From Squalus acanthias (Eukaryota), in contig CM059431.1 in NCBI GenBank assembly GCA_030390025.1, positions 159,094,001-159,158,000 on the forward strand: a DNA stretch of 64,000 nt. Direction: 5' to 3'. Below the pieces are notes generated by a model. That model made no database searches, was not told the DNA's origin, and saw only the letters and a program-made list of their open reading frames with translations. Position 1 is the stretch's first letter; each line of letters begins with the position of its first letter. Shown piece after piece: positions 38,901 to 51,029 of this stretch. The position numbers were made by a program, and so were the translations under genes.

Positions 38901-41900
38901 TTGCCGAACACTGCACTTACTCAACTAGACAATGACAATGCACGGACCCATCCGCACCCCACGGAATGGCATTGCACCGTGTCTGGCACAAGAGGTTGGG
39001 TGGAGTACTCTCGCGCACCGAGCACGCATGCTGGCACTGTAGCTAATCTGGCAGGAATTTGCAGACACGCTGAATGTGCTGAAATATATCTGCACGTCCC
39101 AGGGACTGATACCGAATGAGATGACGTACAGCAAAGCTCCTGTCTGGGTTCCTGCCTCTACCACCCTTTCAGGCAAGGAATTCCAGATTCCAACCACCCT
39201 CTGGGAGAAAATGGTTTTCCTGAAATCCCGTCTAAACCCCCTGCCACTTACGTTGAAACTATGGCACCTGGTTATTGACCCCGCTTCTAAGGGGAAAATG
39301 TTCTTTATATATACCCGATCTATTCCCCTTATAATTTTGTACACCTCAATCAGGTCCCCCCTCAGCCTTCGCTGCTCCAAGGAAAACAACCCCAGCCTGT
39401 CCAGTCTCTCTTCACAGCTAAAGCGCTCTGGCCCAAGTAACATCCTGGTGAATCTCCTCTGCACCCTTTCCAAAGCAATCACGTATACTTTGGCGACCAG
39501 AACTGCCCACAGTATTCCAGCTGTGGTCTAACTAACGTTTTGTACAGTTCCATCAGAACCTTCCTGCTTTTATATTCTATGCCTCGGCTAATGAAGGCAA
39601 TATCCAATATGCCTTTTAAACCACCTTATCTAACTGTCCTCCTGCCTTTAGAGATCTATGTATATGCACACTAAGGTCTGTCTGATCCTCTGTTCTTCCT
39701 ACGTTCCTACCATTCATTATGTATACCCTTGCCTTCTTAGTCCTCCCCAAAATTAATCACCTCACACCTTTCAGGGTTTAATTCCATTTGCCACTGTTCT
39801 GCTCATCTGACCAACCCGTCTATATCGTCCTGTAGCCTGAGGCTTCCCTCCTCGCTGTTTACCACTCCAGCATTTTTCGTGTCATCTGCGAACTTACTAA
39901 TCATACTTCCTACATGCATATCTAAATCATTAATGTACACTACAAACAGCAAGGGACGCAGCACCGAACCCTGCTGTACACCACTGGACACAGGCCTCCA
40001 GTCACAAAAACAACCTTCGACCTCACCCTCTGCCTCCTGCAACTAAGCCAATTTTGGATCCAATATGCCAAATTGGCCTGGATCCCATGGGCACTTAACT
40101 TCTTGACCAGTCTCCCATGCGGGAGTTTGTCAAAAGCCTTACTAAAGTCCATGTAGACTACATCAACTGCACAACTCTCATCCACACACCTAGTTACCCC
40201 TCGAAAAATTCAATCAAATTGGTTAGACATGATCTCCCCCTGACAAAGCCATGCTGACTATCCTTGATTAATTATTGCCTCTCGATGTGAAGAATAATTC
40301 TGTCACTCAGAATTGTTTCCATTAATTTCCCTACCACTGATGTTAGGCTCACTGAACTGCAGTTCGCTGCTTTATCCCTACTACCCTTCTTGAATAATGG
40401 TACTACGTTAGCTGACCTCCAGCCCACTGGCACTTCCCCTGTGGCCAGAGAGTTTATGAAAATTGTGTCAGAAACCCCGAAATTCCTCCCTTGCCTCACA
40501 CAGTATCCAGGGATGCATCTCGTCTGGGCCTGGGTTTTTATCCATATTTAAGCCGACTAATACCGCTAGTGCCTTCTCCCTCTCAATGATAATGTGTTCA
40601 AATATATCACAACACCCCTGCCTGATTTATATGCCTACTTCGTCCTTCTCTATAATGAACACAGATGCAAAATATTCATTTAAAACCTCACCTACATCTT
40701 CCGGCTCTGCACACAGATTGCCAGTTTTCTCCCTAATGGGCCCTAATCTTTCCCTGGTTATCCTCTTGCCTTTAATATACTTATGAAACACTTTGGGATA
40801 TTCCTTTAGTTTGCACACCAGTGTTTTTTATTTACCACTCTTCGCGCTCCTAATTTCTTTCTTAAGTGACGCTCTGCAAATTCTATACTCCTCTAGGGCT
40901 TCCACTGTTTTCGGTCCTTTGTATCTGCCAAAAGGATACATTTTTTCCTTAATCCATTTTTGAATATACCTTGACATCCAGGGTTCCCTGGCCTTGTTGC
41001 TCCCACCCTTGACCTTTACGGGAACATGTTGGAACTGTACTCTCTCTATTTCCTTTCTGAATTACTCCCACTGCTCTGATATGGATTTTCCTACAAGTAG
41101 CTGATCCCAGTCCAATATGTACAGATCCGCCCTTATCATATTAAACTCGGCCTTCCTCCATTTAGAACCTTTATCTCCGGTCCATCTTTGTCCTTTTCCA
41201 TGACTACCGTAAATCTCACCGAATTACGGTCACTGTCGACAAAATGCTCTCCGACAGACACTTCGACCACTTGCCCGACTACATTCCCTAGAATTAGTTC
41301 TAGTACCGCCCCCTCTCCATTAGCACTTTCTGCAAGCTGGCTCAAAAAGCTCTCCTGGATGCAATTTAAGAATTCCGCACCCTCTAAGCCTTTCACACTC
41401 TGACAATCCCAGTTAATATTGGGGAAGTTGAAAACCACTACTATTGTTACCCTCTTATATCTACACTTCTCTGAGATTTGTCTACATAGCTGTTCCTCTA
41501 TCGCCCCTGAATGTTTGGGGGCCTATTGTACACCCCTAGGAAAGTGCTTGCCACCTTTTTGTTTTTAAGTTCTACCCATATGGCCTCATTAGAGGAACCT
41601 GCTATGATATTATCCCTCCTTACTGCAGTAATTGATTCCTTGAATAATATTGCGATACCCCCTCCCCATTTACACCCACATCTGTCTCGCCTGTAGATTC
41701 TATACCCCGTAATAATGAGCTGCCAGTCCTGGCACTCCCTCAACCTTGTCTCCGTGATAGCAACAGTATCCTACTCCCATGTGTTCATCAACAACTTCAA
41801 TTTATCTGCCTTACTCGCAAGACTACTTGCATTGAAATGAATGCGCGCCAGACATGCCATACTGACTTGTGCCGTTACATATTTGCTCTCACTTCCAAAG

Positions 41901-42985
41901 TGACTTGTGTTTTCCTCTATATTTGGCTGCGCATCAACCCCTACTGTAGCTCCACTCCGTATCCCATCCCACTGCCAAGTTAGTTTAAATTCCCCCTGAC
42001 AGCACTCGCAAACCTCCCCGCAAGGATGTTGGTCCTGGTGCAACCCGTCCGACTTGTACAGGGCCCACCTTCCCTAGAAACAGACACAATGATCCAGGAA
42101 ACTAAAGCCCTCCCTCCTGCACCAACTCTTTAGCCTCGCATTCTTCTGCTCTATCCTCCTATTCCTATACTCACTAGCACGTGGCACCGGGAGTAATCCA
42201 GAAATTACAACCTTTTTGGTCCTGCTTTTTAATCTGCTACCTAGCTCCTTAAATTCTTGTTGCAGGACCTCATTATCTTTCTAACTATGTGGTTGGTACC
42301 AATATGAACCACGACCTCCGTCTTTTTGCAAGGCCCCTTCAGAATGCCCTGCAGCGTTCAGTTACATCCTTGACCCTGGAACCAGGGAGGCAACTGACCA
42401 TCCTGGAGTCACGTTTGCGGCCGCAGAAACGCCTGACTGCACCCCTCTCTATTGAGTCTCCTACCACTATTGCACTTCCACTTTCACTCCTCCACCCTTG
42501 TGCGGCTGAGCCACCCACAGTGCCGTGAACTTGGCTCTGGCTGCTCTCCCCAGAGGAACCGTCACTTTCACGCATTTCCTACAGGGAACAACAGTTGTTG
42601 AGTGAGATGCATTCTGGGGCTTTCCTGACTACCGGCCTGCCCCCCTTCTTCTGACTGGTGGTCTCCCATTCCCTCTCTGACTGCGCTTTCTAATTCTGCG
42701 GCGTGACTACGTCCAAAAACGTGCTATCCATGTAAGTCTGAGCTCGCGGATGCACCGCAGTGCCACCAGCTGATGCTCGAGCTCCGAAAACCGGATCTCC
42801 AGTTGGCCAAACCATTGGCACGTACTGTTCATGTGGCCATCCAGACTGCAAGAAGCGTCTAGGAATTCCCACATGCTGCAGGACGTGCAACGCACGGGAC
42901 TGAGGTCACCTGGCACAACCTTAATTAAAAAACTCTTACCTCATATTTAAACTCTCGATTCTCGCTCTCCCGAACTACCTTAACT

Positions 42986-43332
42986 ATGATGTGGAGATGC
43001 CGGCGTTGGACTGGGGTGGACAAAAATGAGAAGTCGCACAACACCAGGTTATAGTCCAACAGATTTATTTAATTTTACAAGCTTTCGAAGCAGTTCGCTC
43101 CTTCGTCAGGTAAGTTAGCAATGAGAGAATCTCCCAGAATTCACAATTTAAACCCAGACAAAATCTATTGTAGGGAATAATGTGAATAGATTTTGTCTGG
43201 GTTTAAATTGTGAATTCTGGGAGATTCTCTCATTGCTAACTTACCTGAGGAAGGAGCGAACTGCTTCGAAAGCTTGTAAAATTAAATAAATCTGTTGGAC
43301 TATAACCTGGTGTTGTGCGACTTCTCATTTTT
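42986..43332 (-). mobile_element. Penelope-derived palindromic insertion (148-bp arms, 15-nt spacer) in CR1 5' region
   Basis: 43022-43169 is the reverse complement of 43185-43332 with one mismatch seen; TSD taccttaactatga at 42976-42989 and 43333-43346. Confidence 0.9.
43241..43279 (+). ncRNA. Minimal type-I hammerhead ribozyme motif (mirror copy on minus strand at 43075-43113)
   Basis: UUAC-CUGAGGA-A-GGAGC(gaacu)GCUUC-GAAA-GCUU-GUAA; the mirror copy has CUGACGA. Confidence 0.72.
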
Positions 43333-43606
43333 TACCTTAACTATGAACTACCTTAAAAAAATAGACTTAAAATTGAAGAAAAAAAAACACTCAAGCACTA
43401 TTCACTAATCAGCTTCCTCCCCTGCGCCGACTTAACTTTGGAACACGTATATCTTTTAATCTGCACCAAGGCACTTAAATTTAGACGCCCAAGTTTGTAA
43501 CAAAGCGAGAAATAGAGAAATACTCATCAACCAATCATTTACCTGCTTACTGTTGACGTGACACTTCGATTACTTTTTACTTCTTTACACTCACCGGTCC
43601 TCTGTA

Positions 43607-43861
43607 TCTCAGCCGCTCCCGCTGCTTTTACTGCCGCCGAAGTCTCGCGCTCTCCAGCCGCTCCCGCTGCTTTTACTGCCGCCGAAATCTTGCGCTCTCC
43701 AGCCGCTCCCGCTGCTTTTACTGCCGCCGAAATCTTGCGCTCTCCAGCCGCTCCCGCTGCTTTTACTGCTCCCGAAGTCTCGTGCTCTCCAGCCGCTCCC
43801 GCTACTTTTACTGCCGCCGAAGTCTCGCGCTCTCCAGCCGCTCCCGCTACTTTTACTGCCG
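43607..43861 (-). repeat. 45-bp tandem repeat (about 5.5 copies) at the CR1 5' end
   Basis: Unit tctccagccgctcccgctgcttttactgccgccgaa(a/g)tct(t/c)gcgc. Confidence 0.92.
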
Positions 43862-44822
43862 TAGAATATTGACACTTTATTATTTCATTTTTTTTAACAC
43901 CAGGTGACTTCATCTCTCACTATTCGAAAACAGGCTTAACTTTTCCTGCTCAAAATGTTTCACTAATTCATAAATATTCTGTTTCAGCTCCAACAGCTTC
44001 ATTAATTCCACTCTGTAGTCTCAGATGCGGATATTTGTCACACTAATCATATCAGCTGATACCCTTCCCACTGCTTCTTTCACCTATTCTGTGAAACCAT
44101 TGTTGTTGGTCGGTTCAGATCGCGGCCGTCCCTTCCCTTTTCCCTGAACTCAACCTTCATGCCCCAAGAATTTGAACTCATCCACCTTACTCCAGCCAAG
44201 CATTCTCACATTGACCTGCCTCATATTTCCCTCATTAAGTGACCCAGTGCAAAACAATCCAGAGATCTCAAGCTTGAGAACTTGTCTTTAATCTAGTGCC
44301 TCAGTCTCAATATTCTCTCTATAAACGTATTTCTATCCGTGTTACTGATTCCGATTATGGTTAATTTCTTCTCTCCAACCTTCCCAGATTGTTCTTCTCT
44401 CTCGCACCAGGGATGCATATTTCCAATTGGCACCTGCTCAGGGCTGAAGACGAGTCTGTCTATTCACCTGACTATAGAATCTCCCACCACTATCGCTATC
44501 CTATTTTTGTTCCCACCTGCCTCTCACCTCTGCCCAACTCGGTGTGGCCTCCTGCTCTCTGGAGTCAGACTTTTGCTCAGGAAAACCCTCCTTCGAGTCA
44601 CTAGCTCTATCTAGCTTACTGTCCCCAAAAAACAGGTATGTATTGCCGTTCCAATACTCAGGGCTCCCTGGACCTGTCACTGCGGTGCCCCTCTAGAGGG
44701 TCACTCACTTCTCATTTTGTACTCAGCTCATGTCCTGTTCCCTCTTCCTGTGTGAGCTGCAGGTTCTGCACGAGAGCTTTGTCGGCATAGAAATTATATT
44801 TTAATGAGTTTTCTGAACCTAC

Positions 44823-44886
44823 CTCTGTTATTTCTCATTATTCCTGAAATTGTTGGATCCGTTCCCCTGTTTGGAACTTCGGCCAT
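44823..44886 (-). CDS. NLR coding exon 1, proximal copy (MAEVPNRGTDPTISGIMRNNR)
   Basis: ATG in ggcATGg context, phase-1 donor G|GTAGGT matching exon 2 (G|AC = Asp); paralogous to 58351-58414. Confidence 0.65.
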
Positions 44887-46396
44887 GCCAGTGGCAGGCG
44901 TTCCCAGGTTCTGATGCTCTTTAATATATACATTCTGGAATGCAAAGACATACCCCGGCTTCTATTCTCCACTTCTAACCATCTTCTTAAACCTCTCTCC
45001 CCTGTCTCCTCCACCCTCACATCCAACAACAATTGCGAGAGGCTCAGAAAGGTATTTGTCTCTAAGATTCAGACCTTCCGATCAGCTGCCTCTGCCACTT
45101 CTCATCCTTCCCCTATCCCACCGGGAAAATATTCAATAACGTTCCCTCTGCACTAGCCCAGCACTCACATCTTTCTCCAGCTTCTCTCCGGTCTCCTCCC
45201 CTGACCTCTCCCTCACTCATCGTGTCTATGAGACCCAGTTCCTGCTCGCTCGATCCTATTCCCAGCTAACTGCTGACCACCCATTTCCTTTTTTGGCTCC
45301 CATGTTAGCTGACATTATTAATGGCTCTCTCTCCTCAGGGACTCTCCCTCTCTCCTTCAAATCTGCCGTCATCACCACTCTCCTCAAACAAATAACTCTC
45401 GACTGCTCCGTCCTTGCAAATTTCCGCCCCAACTCCAGCTTCCCTTTCCGCTCCAAATTCCTTCAACATGTTGTTGCCTTCCAAAGCCATTCCCATCCAT
45501 CCTGGAACTCCATATTTGAGTGCCTCCAATCGGGTTTCCGCCCCTGCCACAGTAACGAAACGGCTCTCATCAAGTTCACAAATTACTTCCTTTGTGACTG
45601 CGAAAAAGACAAAGTATGCCTCTTCGTCCTTCTCGACTTCTCAGCACCCTTTGACACGCTTGATCACTCCACACTCCTCCAACGCCTTTCCACCGCTGTT
45701 CAGCTGTTTGGGACTGCACTCGTCTGGTTCCATTCTTATTCATCATAGACAGAGAATCACCTGCAATGGCTTCTCTTCTCACTCGCGCATCACTACCTCT
45801 GGTTTCCCCCAAGAATCTATCCTTGACCCCTTCCTATTTTTCATCTGCATACTGCCCCTTGACAACATCATCGGAAAACAAAGCTTCAGTTTCCACGTTT
45901 ACGCTGACGACACGCAGCTCCAGCTCACTACCACTTCTCGCGACCCCTTCACTGTCTCTAAATTGTCAGACTGCTTGTCCGACATCCCGTTCTGGATGAG
46001 CAGAAATTTTCTCCAGATAAATATTGGGAAGCCATTTTTTTTATTCCCCGTCACTGACTCCATCCCTCTCCCTAACATCTGTCTGAGGTTGAACCACACT
46101 TTTTGCAATCTTGGATTCACATTCGAGCCTGAAAGGAGCCTCGAACAAAGTTTCCGCGGCCTAACTAAGACCGCCTATTTCCACCTCCACCATCGCTTGT
46201 CTCCAAACCTGCATCAGAACATCTGCTTCTGAATCCCGCATCCATGCCATTGTTACCTCTAGACTTGACTGTTCTATAATACTCCTGGCTGGCCACCCAC
46301 ATTCTACCCTACGTAAATTAGAGGCCACTCTAAACTCGGGTGCCAGTGTCCTGACTCGCACCAAGTCCCATTCACCCATCACCCCTGTTCTCGCAG

Positions 46397-46556
46397 ACAT
46401 AGAAAACATAGAAACATAGAATCTAGGAGCAGGAGTAGGCCATTCGGCCCGTCGAGCCTGCTCCGCCATTCAATACGATCATGGCTGATCATCCAAATCC
46501 AGTACCCTGTCCCTGCTTTAATCCCCACAGTACACATATCCCACCCTACCCCCGTA
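46397..46556 (-). mobile_element. HE1-type SINE 3' fragment
   Basis: About 150 bp identical by eye to 29085-29235. Confidence 0.88.
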
Positions 46557-47357
46557 AGACCTTGGAAAACGTGGACAACTTTCCATACCTGGGGAACCTA
46601 CTGTAAACAAGGGCATCGATGACGAAGTCCAGTGTGCCAGTGCAGCCTTCGTTCGCCTGAGGAAGAGAGTATTTGAAGACCAGGACCGCAAACCAGCACC
46701 AAGCTAATGGTCAACAGAGCAGTAGTGATACCCGCCCTCCTGTATGCTTCGGAGACATGGAGCAAGTACAGCAAGCACCTCAAAGATCTGGAGAGGTAAA
46801 ACCAACGCTGCCTCCTCAAGACCCTGCAAATCTATTGGCTGGATATGCTCACCAACATCAGTGTTCTCGCTCAGGCCAACATCCCCAGCATCGAAGCTTT
46901 CACCATGTTGATTCAGTTCCGATGGACGGGCCACATCGTCCGCATGCCCGATACGAGACACCCAAAAGAAGAGCTTTACTCGGAGCTCCGAAACAGCAAG
47001 AGAAACCCAGAAGGGCTTAGGAAACGCATCGAGGACACCCGCAAAGCCTCCTTGAAAAAGTGCAACATCCCCACCGACACCTGCGAATTCCTGGCACAAG
47101 ACCAGACAAAGTGGAAGTGAAGCACACGGGAAGGCGCCGATCACTTCGAGCCTTTTCGCCGGGAGCAAGCGGAAGCCAAGTGCAAATAGCGGAAGAAGCG
47201 CATGTCAAACCAAGCACCACACCCAACCGGCACTTCAACCACCGTCTGCCCCATCTATGACAGAAATTGTAGGTACCGCATTGTACTAATCACGGAACTA
47301 ATTTTTAGTGTCGAAGCAAGTCATCCTCGGTTCCGAAGGACTGCATCAAAAGAAGAG
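46557..47357 (+). mobile_element. RTE (BovB-like) LINE 3' fragment
   Basis: QANIPSIEA...QFRWTGHIVRMPDTRHPKEELYSEL...RKRIED; short aga-type tail; paralogous to 63245-64000. Confidence 0.85.
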
Positions 47358-47804
47358 ACATTGGATGCCAGTTAAGCAACGCCTCGATTTCAAAATTCTC
47401 ACCCTTCTTTTGAATTCGCTCCATGGCCTCCCACCTCCCTACCTCTAATCTCATCCAGCCTCCCCGCCCCACCCCAAGATAGATGCGCACCTATAATTCA
47501 GCCCATTTGCGCATCCCTGATTATATTCGCTCAACTATTGGTGGCCGTGCCTTCAGTTGCCAAGGCTCTAAGCTGTGGAAATCCCTCATTAAACCTCTCC
47601 GCCTCTCTACCTCTCTATCTCTATTTCACTTCTTTATATCGCTCCTTAAAACCTACCTTTTTGACCAATCTTTTAGTCATCTGCGCTAATTTCAGCTTAT
47701 GTGTCACGGTGTGAATTTATTTTCCTATAGCAACAACTTTTATATGTATAGCGCCTTTAACGTCCTAAAACGTCCCAAGGCACTGCACAGGACTATTGTA
47801 AGAC

Positions 47805-48195
47805 AAAAATTAAGTACTGCAGATGCTGGAATTCTGAAATAAAAACAGAAAGTACTGGAGAACCTCAGCAACTGTGAAGAGAGAAACAGAATTAACGTTT
47901 CAGGTCGATTACCTTTCGTCAGAATTGGAAAAAAGCAGGACATAAAACAGATTTTTAAGCAAGTGTAGAGGTTGGGAAAGTGAGGAGCGGATAAAAGAAC
48001 AAAAGGGAAGGTCTGTGATTGGATATAAGGCGGAAGAGGTTAAGAGACATTGAGAGATATTCAAGGCAAAAGGAGATGATAATGGGACAGGTTAAGAAAC
48101 AAACGATGGCTCTCGATGAAGTGTAAATTGCGCTGGCAGAATGAAAGACAGCTGCCATTTGGGGGAAAGGAAAAAAAAGACAAAGAGTGTGGATA

Positions 48196-48243
<48 letters not shown>

Positions 48244-49040
48244 AGGGGCCGAGGTTATAACCTGAAATTGTTGAACTCTATTTTGAGTCCAGAAGTCTGT
48301 AAAGTGCCAAATCGAAATAGGAGGTATTGTTCCTCAAGCTTACGCTGAGCTTCCGTGGAACAATGGAAGAGGCCGAGGACGGTGAGGTCTGAGTGGGTGT
48401 GGAGCGGTGAGTTAAAGTGACAGGCGACCGGAAGCTCGGGGTCCCCCTTACGGAATGAATGCAGGTGTTCTGCAAAGCGGTCACCCAAGCTGCGTTTGGT
48501 CTCACCCAATGTAGAGGAGAACCACATCGTGAGCAGCGAATACATTATGCTGAATTGCAAGAAGTACAAGTAAATCGCTGTTTCACATGGAAGGGGTGTT
48601 TCGGGCCCTGGACAGCTGGAAGGATGGAGGTATAAGGGCATGTGTTGCGTCTCCTGCGCTTGCATGGGAAGGTGCCGGGCGAAGGGGAAGGGCAGTTGGG
48701 AGTGATAGAGGACTGAACTAGGCTGTTGCGGAGGGAGCGGTCCTTATGGAATGCTGAAAGTGGAGGTGAGGGGAAAATGCATTTGGTGGTGTCATCACGC
48801 TAGAGGTGGCGGAAATGGCGGACGATGATCCGTTGAATGTGGAGGCTGGTGGGGTGAAAGTTGAGGACAAGGGTAACTCTGTCGTGGTTCCGGGAGGGAG
48901 TGGTAGGGATGAGGGCAGAAGTGCGGGAGATAGAATGGACATGGTCAAGCGCCGTGTCAACCAATGTAGCGGGGAAACCTCGTTGAGGAAAAAGGAAGAG
49001 ATGTCAGAAGCACTTGTATGGAAGGTGGCATCGTGAGACA
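47805..49040 (-). mobile_element. Penelope-like element 3' part (GIY-YIG endonuclease remnant + pLTR)
   Basis: GETKRSLGDRFAEHL...PVACHFNS...RKLEEQYLLFRFGTLQTSGLK GIY-YIG C-terminus; hammerhead motif in the pLTR; (TA)n expansion at 48213-48240. Confidence 0.88.
47890..47926 (-). ncRNA. Minimal type-I hammerhead ribozyme motif (second Penelope family)
   Basis: AAUU-CUGACGA-A-AGGU(aaucg)ACCU-GAAA-CGUU-AAUU. Confidence 0.68.
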
Positions 49041-50690
49041 CCCTCACTGCCCCAGCCGCGACACACTCACTGACCCAGTCCCGACACACTTTCTGACTCA
49101 GTCCCGACACCCTCTCTGACAAGCCCCAACACCCTCACTGACCCAGTCCCGACACCCTCTCTGACCAGCCCCAAAATCCTCTCTGACCAGCCCCAACACC
49201 TTCACTGACCAGCACCGACATTATCACTGACCCACCTACACAACGACAAACAACTTACTCAGGCCAGCACCGACACCCCACTGACCCAGCCCAACACCGA
49301 CACCCCACTGACCCAGCCCTACACCGACACCCCACTGACACAGCCCTACACCGGCAACCCTCTGACACAGCCACACTCCGACAAACCACAGACCCATTCC
49401 CCACACCGACACCCCACTGTCCCAGCCGAACACCGCACCCCAATGAGCCAGTCCTACACCGACACTCCACTGACCAAGTCCTACACCAACACCCCACTGA
49501 CACAGCCCAAAACCGCCCCACTCACTGACCCTACACCGACAGCCCAGAGACACAGCTCAACACCGAAACCCTACTGACACAGCACTTCAACGACACCCCA
49601 CTGACCCAGCCCAACACCGACACCCTCACTGACCCAGCACAACAACGACACCACAATGACCCAGCCCAACACCGACACCCCACTGACCAAGTCCTAAACC
49701 GACACACCACTTACCCAGGCCAAAACCGACATCCTCTCTGACCCAGGCCGACACCGACACTCACTGACCAAGCCCAACATCGACACCTCACTGACTCAAT
49801 CCAACACCGACACCCCACTGGACAAGACTTAGACCGCCAGCCCACTGACACAATCCAACACTGACACCCCACAGACCCAGCCCAACACCGATACCCTCAC
49901 TGACCCAACAGCGACAACCCAGTAACCTTACCTAAAGATCGACACCCCACTGACACAGACCTACAACGGCACCACACTGAGAAACCCGAAAACAGAAACA
50001 CCACTAACACAGCCCAAAACCGACACATCAATGACCCAGCCCGACACCGAATGCCTCACTGGCCCGACAGCGACACCCCACTGACACAGCCCAACAAAAC
50101 ACCCCACTTACCCACCGCTTCACCGAAACCCTACTCACCCAGCCCAATACCGAAACCATACAGACCCAGCCCAACACCGAAATCCCACTGACACAGCCCA
50201 ATACCGAAACCATACAGACCCAGCCCAACACCGAAATCCCACTGACACAGCCCAATACCGAAACCATACAGACCCAGCCCAACACCGAAATCCCACTGAC
50301 ACAGCCCAACAACGAAACCCTACTCACCCAGCCGAACACCGAAATCGCACTGACACAGCACTACACCGAAACTCCACTGACACAGACCAATACCGAAACC
50401 ATACAGACACAGCCCAACACCGACACTCCGCTGACCCAGTCTTGTACCGAAACCCCACTGTCCCAGCTAAACAGCGACAATAAACTGACACCCTCACTGA
50501 CACAACATCGACACCCCACTGACATTGACAAAGACCGACCCACTACTTAGTCAGCCCTACACTGACACCCCACTGAGCTAGACCGAAACCGACCTCCACT
50601 GATGCACCCTATCCCGACACCCCACTGACCCTGCCCTACACTGACACCCGACTCACCCAGACCAACACCAACACCCCGCTCACCCTGCCC
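49040..50690 (+). repeat. Second 27-bp minisatellite array, paralogous to 35413-38900
   Basis: Same consensus and shared variant blocks; shorter (about 21-22 bp) units at 49040-49235; 54-bp higher-order unit at about 50140-50420. Confidence 0.93.
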
Positions 50691-51029
50691 AACACTGCAC
50701 TTACCCAACTCGACAATGACAATCCACGGACCCAGCCCCACCCCACGTAAAGGCATTGCACCGTGTCTGGCACAAGAGGGCGGACGGAGTACTCCAGGGC
50801 ACCGAGCACGCATGCTGGCACTGTAGCTAATCTGGCAGGAATTTGCGGACACGCTGAATGTGCTGAAATATATCTGCAGGTCCCAGGGACTGATTCCGAA
50901 TGAGATTACGTACAGCAAAGATCCTGGCTGGGTGGAATAGCCAAATACCCAACTTATCGCGTTAATGAGGCAAAAACTTCAGGCCTCCACAACAACAGCT
51001 TTCATATATATAGCTGTTCTAGTGTAATA

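Larger units (their letters stand above)
39149..43870 (-). mobile_element. CR1 LINE, 5'-complete but decayed (5' repeats, ORF1, ORF2), 3' terminus missing
   Basis: VRCTSCSMWE and IVVGDSIERG (ORF1), GVYNRPPN (endonuclease), MDFSKAFDKLPH and KFADDTK (RT). Confidence 0.9.
16047..44886 (-). other. NLR-family gene (NACHT + LRR, NLRC3/NLRP3-like chondrichthyan type), 8 coding exons; frameshifted in exon 3 as assembled
   Basis: Exons 44886-44823, 34314-34148, 30139-29969, 29860-29795, 28897-27175, 25929-25843, 17022-16831 and 16149-16047 join with GT-AG introns and matching phases (1,0,1,1,2,2,2). Adding one nucleotide in exon 3 gives a 2574-nt CDS (857 aa). Confidence 0.88.
44931..47800 (+). mobile_element. 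L2 LINE, 5'-truncated, interrupted at 46397-47358
   Basis: LQSGFRPCHSNETAL, LLDFSAPFDTLDH, HVYADDTQL; L2 3' region resumes at 47359. Confidence 0.9.

Noticed and set aside
35412..38924. Long Gly/Val/Trp/Cys-rich and Thr/Pro-rich ORFs; also a superficial CRISPR-like look
   Set aside because: These are translations of a 27-bp (multiple of 3) minisatellite. The units are contiguous with no unique spacers, and the context is eukaryotic with no cas genes.
43539..43913. Ala-rich and GSGW-repeat ORFs
   Set aside because: Translations of the 45-bp tandem repeat at the CR1 5' end.
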